Positions 1 through 9,691 of a stretch of 64,000 nucleotides of DNA are shown here, piece by piece. Both the position numbers and the translations under genes were made by a program. A model generated the notes under the pieces. It saw nothing but the letters and a program-made list of their open reading frames with translations. It made no database searches and was not told the origin of the DNA. The DNA is taken from assembly GCF_054482525.1 (NCBI RefSeq), contig NZ_CM137006.1. One strand, 5' to 3'. Each line of letters opens with the position of its first letter. Within the stretch, counting starts at the first letter, position 1.

Positions 1-11
1 GTCTAAACTTT

Positions 12-37
12 ACGCCCTAATTAGGGCGTTTTATTTA
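12..37 (+). terminator. Perfect 18-bp palindrome ACGCCCTAA/TTAGGGCGT followed by TTTTATTT; intrinsic terminator for a plus-strand gene lying upstream of the window, possibly bidirectional
   Basis: Palindrome at 12-29 read directly, T-run at 30-37; the 205-aa minus-strand ORF stops at 44-46 immediately beside it. Confidence 0.6.
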
Positions 38-43
38 AAAAAG

Positions 44-661
44 TTAATTTGCTGTATTTTCTCTCATCTTTCTAAGTTCTGGCAATACTTTCTTATAGAA
101 TTTCGTAGTGGAATCAGCGCAGTAGTTTTGCAGATACTTATAGTTTTCTTCAAATTTAGGGAGATCTTTAGCTACCGTCAATTGCTTTGGTAAAGTTCCG
201 GTAGCATCATCGGTTATATCAAATGTTATTGAATTATGTTTTCGATCTTCATTAACTTTTTTTAAAGTGGCAACAATAGGGCTTTTATCCATAGAACCAT
301 CTATTAGTTGGCGAACTTGAAACTTCCTTGGGATTATAAAATTAATTACTGACGGAGGTTCACTATTTAATGTTATATTCCAAGTTATTGGCATAGCATC
401 ACATAAACCTTCAGATATTATTTCACCATCAATTGAACCATCAGAATTGGCGATAAATTGTATTATAACAAGTGGTTGATCTTTATTTAAGCCAAGATCT
501 CCACTATTTATTATATATTCAGCGTCTGTCGACCATTTGCCTGTTAGAAATTCTTTTTGATAAAGTGCTTCATTTATTTCACCTCTATATGGTAAATATA
601 GACCTATAGCACCAATTGCAACACCTAATACAGTGCATATTGTTGTTATTCGTCCACTCAT
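44..661 (-). CDS. Hypothetical protein, 205 aa, N-terminal hydrophobic anchor then a soluble D/E/K/N-rich domain; no family recognised
   Basis: Uninterrupted ORF with ATG at 659-661 and TAA at 44-46; hydrophobic stretch ITTICTVLGVAIGAIGLYL near the N-terminus; low GC (counted 23/60 and 19/60 G+C in two 60-nt stretches); sits where K-12 has ydiL but is too long to be the 118-aa YdiL. Confidence 0.55.
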   Translation of the reverse strand: MSGRITTICTVLGVAIGAIGLYLPYRGEINEALYQKEFLTGKWSTDAEYIINSGDLGLNKDQPLVIIQFIANSDGSIDGEIISEGLCDAMPITWNITLNSEPPSVINFIIPRKFQVRQLIDGSMDKSPIVATLKKVNEDRKHNSITFDITDDATGTLPKQLTVAKDLPKFEENYKYLQNYCADSTTKFYKKVLPELRKMRENTAN

Positions 662-978
662 ATCACACTCGTTATCTTATCCTTGTTGTAGTTAAGCATT
701 TTATTTTATTTTTTTATTGTGAAAATGGCTAGTTTTAGTTGGGTCTTGCGCTGAATCTAACGAGTGCTTACCCCGTGAAGTGATTTATGATTAAAGTTCG
801 TTTTGTTTTTGGTTAAAAAATGAACATGTGAGTGCTTTGGAAAATTTCTGTAACACTCACCTGATTTACGCTGGTAGCACACAAATGGTACACAAACGGC
901 ACACAGGTAATCGCATACCTTTAATGACCTAATTTCTTCAAGCCCCTGCATTGCTGCGTTTGTCGTGATTTTCGGCAT

Positions 979-1084
979 AAAAAAAAGCCCATCGTGGGAG
1001 ATGGGCAAAGACTACACACAGCAATTCGTTGTTTCACTCAGGGGATTTCCATGCTTATAAATCAATATGTTGATTTATAACCGT
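979..1084 (-). ncRNA. rprA: RprA small regulatory RNA (Hfq-dependent activator of rpoS translation)
   Basis: Reverse complement of 979-1084 reads ACGGTTATAAATCAACATATTGATTTATAAGCATGGAAATCCCCTGAGTGAAACAACGAATTGCTGTGTGTAGTCTTTGCCCATCTCCCACGATGGGCTTTTTTTT, matching rprA as I recall it, including the terminal hairpin and U-run; lies downstream of ydiK as in K-12. Confidence 0.85.
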
Positions 1085-1269
1085 GAGCTAATAGTAGGCA
1101 TACGGACTTTTTGCGTCGATCAGATTCGTCTCATTAGTTTAAAAACTGTAAAGAATTTGCGACAGGTACTACCAGCTGAATGGCGGTAAGCAGGAAAATA
1201 TGGGGAAGAGCAAGCAAATATCAATTAGCGGTGGTTAACAATCAGGCGGCAGAGCCGCCTGATGAGAAA

Positions 1270-2382
1270 TTACTTATTCGGTTTCTCTATTTCGCCAAGT
1301 TCTTCGAGAACTTCTTCCGGTTGGTCAGTCGGCGGTGGGACTTCTTCCACCCACGCGGCAAAAAGACGCCAGGAAACGGCTAACAGAACCGGACCAATAA
1401 ACAGGCCGATCATCCCGAAAGCAATCAAACCACCAATAACGCCAGAGAGGATCAGGATCAGCGGTAAATCGGCACCCATGCGAATTAACATTGGGCGGAT
1501 GACGTTATCCAGCGTGCCGACCACACCGCTCCACACTAACAGTACCGTTCCCCAGGTGGTATCACCGGTCCAGTAGAGCCAGATAATCGCCGGAATCAGT
1601 ACCGGCAATGGTCCAAGCTGGACAAGGCAGGAGAGGATCATTAACACCGTGAGCAAAGTTGCATAAGGTACGCCGGATACGGCGAGGCCGATACCGCCAA
1701 GCACTGCCTGTACTAACGCTGTCACCACAACACCCAGCGCCACCGCGCGGATAGCTTGTGCCGCTAGCAGCACGGCGGCATCTCCACGAACGCCTGCCAG
1801 ACGGGTTGCAAAATGGCGAATGCCTTGTGCCACCTGTTCACCGCGCCAGTACAGCAGGGCACTGAAGAGAAGCATCAGCGCACAATGCACCATAAAGCGC
1901 CCGATATGCGCCGCTTGCCCAACGAACCAGGTGGTGGTGGTGCCAATATAAGGACGGACTTTTGCCATGATCGCCGTCCCCCCCATATCCAGCAAGTTGT
2001 GCCAGCCTGCATACAGCTTCGCGCCAATCACCGGAATGGTATTAAGCCACGCCAGATCGGGTAACGTCATGTCACCGCTGGAAATGGCTTTAATTAGCGG
2101 GCCGCTGCCGTCGACGATACTGTTAACCAGCAAGGCAATAGGGATGATAAACACCATCACTAATAACAGCGTCATCACCAGAACGGCGAGAGAGCGGCGA
2201 CCAAACATGATCTTTTGCAAACGTAACAATACCGGCCAGGTGGCGATGACCACCGTACCAGCCCATGCAAAGCCGAGAATAAAGGGTTGTACAATCCACA
2301 GACATGCCACAATCATGATGGCTAAAAAGAGCACCGAAAGCAGAATTTGTGCGACATCCCTGGGCTGACGAACATTTACCAT
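1270..2382 (-). CDS. ydiK: AI-2E family (PerM-like) inner-membrane transporter, 370 aa
   Basis: 370-aa polytopic membrane ORF recognised as YdiK; position upstream of rprA and divergent from ydiJ as in K-12. Confidence 0.9.
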   Translation of the reverse strand: MVNVRQPRDVAQILLSVLFLAIMIVACLWIVQPFILGFAWAGTVVIATWPVLLRLQKIMFGRRSLAVLVMTLLLVMVFIIPIALLVNSIVDGSGPLIKAISSGDMTLPDLAWLNTIPVIGAKLYAGWHNLLDMGGTAIMAKVRPYIGTTTTWFVGQAAHIGRFMVHCALMLLFSALLYWRGEQVAQGIRHFATRLAGVRGDAAVLLAAQAIRAVALGVVVTALVQAVLGGIGLAVSGVPYATLLTVLMILSCLVQLGPLPVLIPAIIWLYWTGDTTWGTVLLVWSGVVGTLDNVIRPMLIRMGADLPLILILSGVIGGLIAFGMIGLFIGPVLLAVSWRLFAAWVEEVPPPTDQPEEVLEELGEIEKPNK

Positions 2383-2770
2383 AACTACTTTTCACCTTTT
2401 TTGTGCGTCAAATCGTCGACGCGACGTGAACACGCGAAACTCACTTGCATAATGATGAGCAATTTCAGCGGTTTTTAACAGGCCGATTCTGCCCTTAATT
2501 CTGATGGGCGTGTTAGAAAAAAATGTGGTACAACAACTCAGGCAACACGCAAACGATTTACTCGTCGTATTTCAAGTTGCATGTGCTGCGGCTACGTTCA
2601 TTCACCCCAGTCACTTACTATTGTAAGCTCCTGGAGTTCACTCGCTTGCCGCCTTCCTGCAACACGAAATCCATAGAGTAAACAAACATCACCTTTCAGT
2701 GCGCTATTGCAGCAGCCTGAAAGAATAGTGTATCGACCTACATCACAGACCGCAGGAAAGGGTCAATATA

Positions 2771-5700
2771 ATGATTCCACAGATTTCCCAGGCACCCGGC
2801 GTCGTTCAACTGGTGCTTAATTTTTTGCAAGAGCTGGAGCAACAGGGGTTTACCGGCGATACGGCGACAAGTTATGCCGATCGTCTGACAATGTCGACCG
2901 ACAACAGTATTTACCAACTTCTCCCCGATGCGGTGGTATTTCCGCGTTCAACCGCAGATGTGGCGCTGATCGCCCGTCTTGCCGCGCAGGAACGCTATTC
3001 ATCGCTGATCTTTACCCCCCGCGGCGGCGGCACCGGCACTAACGGTCAGGCGCTCAACCAGGGGATTATTGTTGATATGTCCCGCCATATGAACCGCATC
3101 ATCGAAATTAACCCTGAAGAGGGCTGGGTGCGCGTTGAGGCCGGGGTGATAAAAGACCAACTCAATCAGTACCTGAAACCGTTCGGCTACTTTTTTGCGC
3201 CGGAGCTTTCGACCAGCAACCGGGCAACGCTCGGCGGGATGATCAATACCGATGCGTCCGGTCAGGGATCGCTGGTCTATGGCAAAACGTCAGATCACGT
3301 ACTTGGCCTACGTGCGGTATTGTTGGGGGGCGATATTCTCGATACGCAACCTTTACCCGTCGAGCTGGCGGAAACGCTGGGTAAATCCAATACCACAATC
3401 GGGCGAATTTATAACACGGTTTATCAACGTTGCCGTCAGCAACGCCAGTTAATCATCGACAACTTCCCCAAACTTAACCGCTTTCTTACCGGTTACGATC
3501 TGCGTCATGTCTTTAACGATGAGATGACCGAGTTCGACCTGACGCGCATTCTGACGGGTTCAGAAGGGACGCTGGCCTTTATTACCGAAGCGCGGCTGGA
3601 TATTACGCCCTTGCCTAAAGTGCGCCGTCTGGTGAACGTCAAATATGACTCTTTTGACTCCGCGCTGCGTAACGCGCCGTTTATGGTTGAGGCGCGGGCG
3701 CTTTCGGTAGAGACGGTGGACTCAAAAGTGCTGAATTTGGCGCGGGAAGATATTGTCTGGCATTCCGTCAGCGAGTTGATTACCGATGTGCCTGACAAAG
3801 AAATGCTCGGGCTGAACATTGTGGAATTTGCTGGTGATGATGAGACGCTGATTGATGAGCGGGTAAATGCACTCTGTGCGCGGTTGGATGAACTGATTGC
3901 CAGCCAACAGGCAGGTGTGATTGGCTGGCAGGTGTGCCGCGAACTGGCGGGTGTTGAACGTATCTATGCGATGCGCAAAAAAGCTGTTGGTCTGCTTGGC
4001 AATGCCAAAGGTGCCGCTAAGCCAATTCCGTTTGCTGAGGATACCTGCGTACCGCCGGAACATCTGGCAGATTATATTGCTGAATTTCGCGCGCTGCTCG
4101 ACAGCCACGGCTTAAGCTACGGTATGTTCGGTCACGTCGACGCAGGTGTCTTGCACGTCCGTCCGGCACTGGATATGTGCGATCCGCAACAAGAGATTTT
4201 GATGAAGCAAATCTCTGATGATGTAGTGGCGCTTACCGCGAAATACGGTGGTTTGTTGTGGGGCGAACACGGCAAAGGTTTTCGCGCCGAATACAGCCCG
4301 GCGTTTTTTGGTGAGGAACTTTTTGCAGAACTGCGTAAAGTGAAAGCGGCATTTGACCCGCATAACCGACTCAACCCTGGGAAGATTTGCCCGCCAGAAG
4401 GTCTCGATGCGCCGATGATGAAAGTGGACGCGGTGAAGCGCGGTACATTCGATCGACAGATCCCCATTGCGGTACGCCAGCAGTGGCGTGGTGCAATGGA
4501 GTGTAACGGCAACGGTTTATGCTTCAACTTTGATGCCCGCAGTCCGATGTGCCCGTCGATGAAGATTACCCAGAACCGGATTCATTCACCGAAAGGGCGC
4601 GCAACGCTGGTGCGTGAATGGCTGCGTTTGTTGGCAGATCGCGGCGTTGACCCACTCAAACTGGAACAAGAGCTGCCTGAATCAGGCGTCAGTTTGCGGA
4701 CGTTAATTGCCCGCACGCGCAATAGCTGGCATGCGAATAAAGGCGAATATGACTTCTCCCACGAAGTCAAAGAGGCGATGTCTGGTTGCCTGGCCTGTAA
4801 AGCGTGTTCGACACAGTGCCCAATCAAAATTGACGTGCCTGAGTTTCGTTCTCGCTTTCTGCAACTCTATCACACCCGTTATTTGCGCCCGCTGCGCGAC
4901 CACCTCGTCGCCACGGTCGAGAGCTACGCACCGCTGATGGCACGCGCGCCGAAAACCTTTAACTTCTTCATTAACCAGCCGCTGGTGCGCAAACTCTCGG
5001 AAAAACATATCGGCATGGTTGATTTGCCGCTGCTGTCGGTCCCCTCGCTACAACAACAAATGGTGGGGCATCGCTCGGCAAACATGACGCTGGAACAGCT
5101 TGAAGCTCTCAGTGCAGAGCAGAAAGCGCGCACGGTGCTGGTGGTGCAGGACCCCTTTACCAGCTATTACGATGCGCAAGTGGTGGCGGATTTTGTCCGT
5201 CTGGTCGAAAAATTAGGTTTCCAGCCGGTGTTACTGCCATTTTCGCCAAATGGCAAAGCCCAGCATATCAAAGGCTTTCTTAATCGTTTTGCGAAGACGG
5301 CGAAAAAGACGGCGGATTTCCTCAACCGTGTGGCGAAGCTGGGGATGCCAATGGTGGGCGTCGATCCGGCGCTGGTACTTTGTTATCGCGATGAATATAA
5401 ACTGGCGCTGGGCGAGGAACGTGGCGAGTTTAACGTCTTACTGGCGAATGAATGGCTGGCAAGCGCACTTGACTCACAGCCAGTGGCTACAGTCAGCGGT
5501 GAATCATGGTATTTCTTTGGTCACTGTACCGAAGTTACCGCTTTGCCGGGCGCGCCAGCACAATGGGCCGCGATATTTGCCCGTTTTGGCGCGAAACTGG
5601 AAAATGTCAGCGTGGGTTGCTGCGGCATGGCAGGGACTTACGGACATGAAGCGAAAAACCATAAAAATTCGCTCGGGATCTATGAGTTATCCTGGCATCA

Positions 5701-5827
5701 GGCGATGCAGCGACTGCCGCGTAATCGCTGTCTGGCGACCGGATATTCCTGCCGTAGCCAGGTAAAACGGGTCGAAGGCACGGGGGTACGCCATCCTGTG
5801 CAGGCTTTACTGGAGATTATTAAATGA
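2771..5827 (+). CDS. ydiJ: FAD-linked oxidoreductase with C-terminal Fe-S cysteine clusters (D-2-hydroxyglutarate dehydrogenase-like), 1018 aa
   Basis: 1018-aa ORF with FAD-binding PCMH-type N-terminal region and CxxCxxC motifs; recognised as YdiJ. Confidence 0.9.
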   Translation: MIPQISQAPGVVQLVLNFLQELEQQGFTGDTATSYADRLTMSTDNSIYQLLPDAVVFPRSTADVALIARLAAQERYSSLIFTPRGGGTGTNGQALNQGIIVDMSRHMNRIIEINPEEGWVRVEAGVIKDQLNQYLKPFGYFFAPELSTSNRATLGGMINTDASGQGSLVYGKTSDHVLGLRAVLLGGDILDTQPLPVELAETLGKSNTTIGRIYNTVYQRCRQQRQLIIDNFPKLNRFLTGYDLRHVFNDEMTEFDLTRILTGSEGTLAFITEARLDITPLPKVRRLVNVKYDSFDSALRNAPFMVEARALSVETVDSKVLNLAREDIVWHSVSELITDVPDKEMLGLNIVEFAGDDETLIDERVNALCARLDELIASQQAGVIGWQVCRELAGVERIYAMRKKAVGLLGNAKGAAKPIPFAEDTCVPPEHLADYIAEFRALLDSHGLSYGMFGHVDAGVLHVRPALDMCDPQQEILMKQISDDVVALTAKYGGLLWGEHGKGFRAEYSPAFFGEELFAELRKVKAAFDPHNRLNPGKICPPEGLDAPMMKVDAVKRGTFDRQIPIAVRQQWRGAMECNGNGLCFNFDARSPMCPSMKITQNRIHSPKGRATLVREWLRLLADRGVDPLKLEQELPESGVSLRTLIARTRNSWHANKGEYDFSHEVKEAMSGCLACKACSTQCPIKIDVPEFRSRFLQLYHTRYLRPLRDHLVATVESYAPLMARAPKTFNFFINQPLVRKLSEKHIGMVDLPLLSVPSLQQQMVGHRSANMTLEQLEALSAEQKARTVLVVQDPFTSYYDAQVVADFVRLVEKLGFQPVLLPFSPNGKAQHIKGFLNRFAKTAKKTADFLNRVAKLGMPMVGVDPALVLCYRDEYKLALGEERGEFNVLLANEWLASALDSQPVATVSGESWYFFGHCTEVTALPGAPAQWAAIFARFGAKLENVSVGCCGMAGTYGHEAKNHKNSLGIYELSWHQAMQRLPRNRCLATGYSCRSQVKRVEGTGVRHPVQALLEIIK

Positions 5828-6234
5828 TATGGAAACGAAAAATCACCCTGGAAGCACTGAATGCTATGGGTGAAGGAAACATGGTGGGGTTGCTGGATAT
5901 TCGCTTTGAACATATTGGTGATGACACCCTTGAAGCGACAATGCCAGTAGACTCGCGGACAAAGCAGCCTTTCGGGTTGCTGCATGGAGGAGCATCCGTG
6001 GTACTGGCCGAAAGTATCGGTTCCGTTGCCGGTTATTTATGTACCGAAGGTGAGCAAAAAGTGGTTGGTCTGGAAATCAATGCTAACCACGTCCGCTCGG
6101 CACGAGAAGGGCGGGTGCGCGGCGTATGCAAACCGTTGCATCTCGGTTCGCGTCACCAGGTCTGGCAGATTGAAATCTTCGATGAGAAAGGGCGTTTGTG
6201 CTGTTCGTCACGATTGACGACCGCGATTTTGTGA
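5824..6234 (+). CDS. menI: 1,4-dihydroxy-2-naphthoyl-CoA thioesterase (hotdog fold), 136 aa
   Basis: 136-aa ORF recognised as MenI/YdiI; start overlaps the ydiJ stop by 4 nt (ATGA). Confidence 0.9.
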   Translation: MIWKRKITLEALNAMGEGNMVGLLDIRFEHIGDDTLEATMPVDSRTKQPFGLLHGGASVVLAESIGSVAGYLCTEGEQKVVGLEINANHVRSAREGRVRGVCKPLHLGSRHQVWQIEIFDEKGRLCCSSRLTTAIL

Positions 6235-6333
6235 CGTTGTCACCAGAAAAGTGTGACGCATATTGCTTTTGGTCATTATCTGCACAGTAAACGGTGGTAT
6301 ACTGTGCAGGTCTTGTCTAAAAGCGAGGATGCT

Positions 6334-6522
6334 ATGTCTACTCAACTTGATCCCACCCAGCTGGCCATTGAATTTTTACGCCGTGACCAGAGCAATCTTT
6401 CACCTGCCCAATATCTCAAACGTCTGAAACAACTAGAACTTGAATTTGCTGACCTGCTTACTCTCTCTTCTGCTGAATTAAAAGAAGAAATCTACTTTGC
6501 CTGGCGTCTGGGCGTGCATTGA
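6334..6522 (+). CDS. ydiH: Small uncharacterized protein YdiH, 62 aa
   Basis: Internal ATG at 6334 preceded by GAGG; yields MSTQLDPTQLAIEFL..., 62 aa, matching the K-12 YdiH length; the 89-aa ORF call is probably an over-extension. Confidence 0.75.
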   Translation: MSTQLDPTQLAIEFLRRDQSNLSPAQYLKRLKQLELEFADLLTLSSAELKEEIYFAWRLGVH

Positions 6523-6721
6523 TCCTGACTTAATGCCGCAATTTCGCCAAATCGACCTGGATTAACCTCCGTCCAGGTTCGATGACCTTCTTAATACTGC
6601 TTATCTACCCGCCTGATATTGTTCAAAAATAATACTAATCGCAGTTTGTGTTAAAACGGCGGGTTAGCTTTATGAGATTATTCTTATCGCCCCTTCAAGA
6701 GCTAAGCCACTGAGAGTGCCG

Positions 6722-6790
6722 GAGATAAGCGCCGGATGGGGTAGAAACCCTTAAGCCTGTGTCGCACAGACTTAAGGGTTTTCTTATTTC
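6722..6790 (+). ncRNA. rydB: Probable RydB small RNA; boundaries approximate
   Basis: K-12 places rydB between ydiH and sufA on the ydiH strand; long stem-loop 6746-6780 (AACCCTTAAG...CTTAAGGGTT) followed by TTTTCTTATTTC; the 5' end is not determinable by eye. Confidence 0.4.
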
Positions 6791-6885
6791 TGAACGCTGC
6801 ACTTTTTTACCTATCTCTTAAATAGTCATTTTCAATACAACTTTTTCTTTTTCATCACAGCCTTAATGCTCCTTAGATAATAATC

Positions 6886-6901
6886 ATTATCTAACAATGA
6901 G
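6886..6901. promoter_or_regulatory. AT-rich palindromic Fur-box-like element GATAATAATCATTATC in the distal suf control region
   Basis: Read directly; resembles the Fur consensus GATAATGATAATCATTATC; about 170 bp upstream of the sufA ATG, where IHF and OxyR sites are reported. Confidence 0.35.
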
Positions 6902-7011
6902 ATACCTAATTCTTAGCGTGCCTGTTAACCCACACATCAGGGTCTATGCTTATTAAAAGCAGGAAAAAAGCATGTTTTACGGTAAAGCCCCTGCGTTTGC
7001 TGGGTTGAACT

Positions 7012-7026
7012 GATAATCATTATCAC
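7012..7026. promoter_or_regulatory. Fur box overlapping the sufA core promoter (GATAATCATTATCAC)
   Basis: Fur-consensus-like sequence about 45 bp upstream of the sufA ATG; suf is known to be Fur-repressed with the site overlapping the promoter. Confidence 0.6.
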
Positions 7027-7070
7027 TAACATGCTGTTATACGCTGAAAGCGATGAAGTGAGGTAAATCG

Positions 7071-7439
7071 ATGGACATGCATTCAGGAACCTTTAATCCA
7101 CAGGATTTTGCCTGGCAGGGCTTAACGCTGACACCCGCAGCCGCTGTCCACATCCGCGAGCTGGTGGCAAAGCAGCCGGGTATGGTCGGCGTGCGCTTAG
7201 GCGTGAAGCAAACGGGCTGCGCGGGCTTTGGCTATGTGCTCGACAGTGTTAGCGAGCCGGACAAAGACGATCTGCTGTTTGAACACGACGGCGCGAAGCT
7301 GTTTGTCCCGCTGCAAGCGATGCCGTTTATTGATGGCACGGAAGTCGATTTCGTTCGTGAAGGACTTAATCAGATATTTAAATTTCACAACCCTAAAGCC
7401 CAGAATGAATGTGGCTGTGGCGAAAGCTTTGGGGTATAG
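7071..7439 (+). CDS. sufA: Fe-S cluster assembly A-type carrier SufA, 122 aa
   Basis: 122-aa ORF with C-terminal CGCGESF motif; GAGG RBS; first gene of the suf operon. Confidence 0.95.
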   Translation: MDMHSGTFNPQDFAWQGLTLTPAAAVHIRELVAKQPGMVGVRLGVKQTGCAGFGYVLDSVSEPDKDDLLFEHDGAKLFVPLQAMPFIDGTEVDFVREGLNQIFKFHNPKAQNECGCGESFGV

Positions 7440-7447
7440 GCGGTACT

Positions 7448-8935
7448 ATGTCTCGTAATACTGAAGCAACTGACGATGTCAAAACCTGGACCGGCGGCCC
7501 GCTGAATTATAAAGAAGGATTCTTCACCCAGTTAGCCACCGATGAGCTGGCAAAGGGGATAAACGAAGAGGTGGTGCGCGCAATTTCGGCGAAGCGTAAT
7601 GAGCCGGAGTGGATGCTGGAGTTTCGTCTCAACGCCTATCGCGCATGGCTGGCGATGGAAGAGCCGCACTGGTTGAAAGCGCACTACGACAAGCTGAATT
7701 ATCAGGATTACAGCTACTACTCAGCACCATCGTGCGGTAATTGTGACGACAACTGCGCGTCTGAACCCGGCGCGGTGCAGCAAACTGGCGCGAACGCCTT
7801 TTTAAGTAAAGAGGTGGAGGCGGCGTTTGAGCAGTTGGGCGTTCCCGTGCGGGAAGGCAAAGAGGTGGCGGTGGATGCCATTTTCGACTCTGTTTCGGTT
7901 GCCACCACTTATCGCGAAAAACTGGCGGAGCAGGGAATTATTTTCTGTTCCTTTGGCGAGGCGATCCACGATCACCCGGAACTGGTGCGTAAATATCTCG
8001 GCACCGTGGTGCCGGGGAATGACAACTTCTTTGCCGCACTTAATGCGGCGGTAGCCTCTGACGGTACGTTTATTTATGTGCCTAAAGGCGTGCGCTGCCC
8101 GATGGAACTTTCCACCTATTTTCGTATTAACGCGGAAAAAACCGGGCAGTTTGAGCGCACCATTCTGGTGGCCGACGAAGACAGCTACGTTAGCTACATT
8201 GAAGGCTGTTCCGCTCCGGTGCGTGACAGCTATCAGTTACACGCGGCGGTGGTGGAAGTCATCATCCATAAAAACGCCGAGGTGAAATATTCCACGGTAC
8301 AAAACTGGTTCCCTGGCGATAACAACACCGGCGGTATTCTCAACTTCGTCACCAAGCGTGCTTTGTGCGAAGGCGAAAACAGCAAAATGTCATGGACGCA
8401 ATCAGAAACCGGGTCAGCGATTACGTGGAAATATCCCAGCTGTATTTTGCGCGGCGATAACTCCATTGGTGAGTTTTACTCAGTGGCGCTGACCAGCGGT
8501 CATCAGCAAGCGGATACCGGCACCAAGATGATCCACATCGGTAAAAACACCAAATCAACCATTATCTCGAAAGGGATCTCTGCCGGACATAGTCAGAACA
8601 GTTATCGCGGCTTAGTGAAAATCATGCCGACGGCAACCAATGCGCGCAATTTCACTCAGTGCGACTCAATGCTGATTGGCGCTAATTGTGGGGCGCATAC
8701 CTTCCCGTATGTCGAATGTCGCAATAACAGTGCACAACTGGAGCACGAGGCAACGACATCACGTATTGGTGAAGATCAACTGTTTTACTGCCTGCAACGC
8801 GGGATCAGCGAAGAAGACGCCATCTCGATGATTGTTAACGGTTTCTGCAAAGACGTGTTCTCAGAACTGCCGCTGGAATTTGCCGTTGAAGCACAAAAAC
8901 TCCTCGCCATCAGTCTTGAACACAGCGTCGGATAA
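7448..8935 (+). CDS. sufB: Fe-S cluster scaffold SufB, 495 aa
   Basis: Start placed at ATG 7448 ([10 protein letters not shown]...), giving the K-12 length of 495 aa; the ORF call begins 13 codons upstream, inside sufA. Confidence 0.95.
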   Translation: MSRNTEATDDVKTWTGGPLNYKEGFFTQLATDELAKGINEEVVRAISAKRNEPEWMLEFRLNAYRAWLAMEEPHWLKAHYDKLNYQDYSYYSAPSCGNCDDNCASEPGAVQQTGANAFLSKEVEAAFEQLGVPVREGKEVAVDAIFDSVSVATTYREKLAEQGIIFCSFGEAIHDHPELVRKYLGTVVPGNDNFFAALNAAVASDGTFIYVPKGVRCPMELSTYFRINAEKTGQFERTILVADEDSYVSYIEGCSAPVRDSYQLHAAVVEVIIHKNAEVKYSTVQNWFPGDNNTGGILNFVTKRALCEGENSKMSWTQSETGSAITWKYPSCILRGDNSIGEFYSVALTSGHQQADTGTKMIHIGKNTKSTIISKGISAGHSQNSYRGLVKIMPTATNARNFTQCDSMLIGANCGAHTFPYVECRNNSAQLEHEATTSRIGEDQLFYCLQRGISEEDAISMIVNGFCKDVFSELPLEFAVEAQKLLAISLEHSVG

Positions 8936-8944
8936 GGAATAAAC

Positions 8945-9691
8945 ATGTTAAGTATTAAAGATTTACACGTCAGCGTGGAAGATAAAGCTATCCTGCGTCG
9001 ATTAAGCCTCGACGTTCGTCCCGGCGAAGTTCACGCCATTATGGGGCCAAACGGTTCGGGCAAAAGTACCTTATCGGCAACGCTTGCCGGGCGAGAAGAT
9101 TATGAGGTGACGGGCGGCACGGTTGAGTTCAAAGGCAAAGATTTGCTTGCGCTGTCGCCGGAAGATCGTGCAGGTGAAGGCATCTTTATGGCCTTCCAGT
9201 ATCCGGTGGAAATTCCCGGCGTCAGTAACCAGTTTTTCCTGCAAACGGCACTTAATGCGGTGCGCAGCTATCGCGGCCAGGAAACGCTCGACCGCTTTGA
9301 TTTTCAGGATTTGATGGAAGAGAAAATCGCTCTCCTGAAGATGCCGGAGGATTTATTAACCCGTTCGGTAAACGTTGGTTTTTCCGGCGGCGAGAAAAAG
9401 CGCAACGATATTTTGCAAATGGCGGTGCTGGAACCGGAGTTATGCATTCTTGATGAGTCGGACTCCGGGCTGGATATTGACGCATTAAAAGTGGTTGCCG
9501 ATGGCGTGAACTCGCTGCGTGACGGCAAGCGCTCATTCATCATTGTTACGCACTACCAACGCATTCTCGACTACATCAAGCCTGATTACGTCCATGTGCT
9601 GTATCAGGGACGAATTGTGAAATCCGGCGATTTCACGTTGGTCAAACAACTGGAGGAGCAGGGTTATGGCTGGCTTACCGAACAGCAGTAA
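8945..9691 (+). CDS. sufC: Fe-S cluster assembly ATPase SufC, 248 aa
   Basis: ABC-type ATPase with Walker A GPNGSGKST; recognised as SufC. Confidence 0.95.
   Translation: MLSIKDLHVSVEDKAILRRLSLDVRPGEVHAIMGPNGSGKSTLSATLAGREDYEVTGGTVEFKGKDLLALSPEDRAGEGIFMAFQYPVEIPGVSNQFFLQTALNAVRSYRGQETLDRFDFQDLMEEKIALLKMPEDLLTRSVNVGFSGGEKKRNDILQMAVLEPELCILDESDSGLDIDALKVVADGVNSLRDGKRSFIIVTHYQRILDYIKPDYVHVLYQGRIVKSGDFTLVKQLEEQGYGWLTEQQ

Noticed and set aside
44-661. Possibility that the 205-aa ORF is simply ydiL
   Set aside because: K-12 YdiL is 118 aa as I recall, whereas this ORF is 205 aa with an N-terminal membrane anchor and very low GC. I cannot confirm non-identity without an alignment, so it is reported as an unknown rather than called ydiL.
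757-1008. 83-aa minus-strand ORF overlapping rprA
   Set aside because: It begins inside the rprA terminator hairpin and runs through the RNA gene and the AT-rich spacer. There is no convincing RBS and the product is Cys/His-rich low-complexity sequence; most likely spurious.
1240-1262. Hairpin AGGCGGC-agag-GCCGCCT just downstream of the ydiK stop, as the ydiK terminator
   Set aside because: The stem is GC-rich but the minus-strand downstream tract (TGATTGTT) is a poor U-run, and rprA begins about 160 bp further on. It is plausible but not convincing enough to list as a feature.
3505-5133. Multiple 60-130-aa ORFs on both strands inside ydiJ
   Set aside because: All are nested within the 1018-aa ydiJ reading frame or antisense to it; typical overlapping frames in a GC-rich gene.
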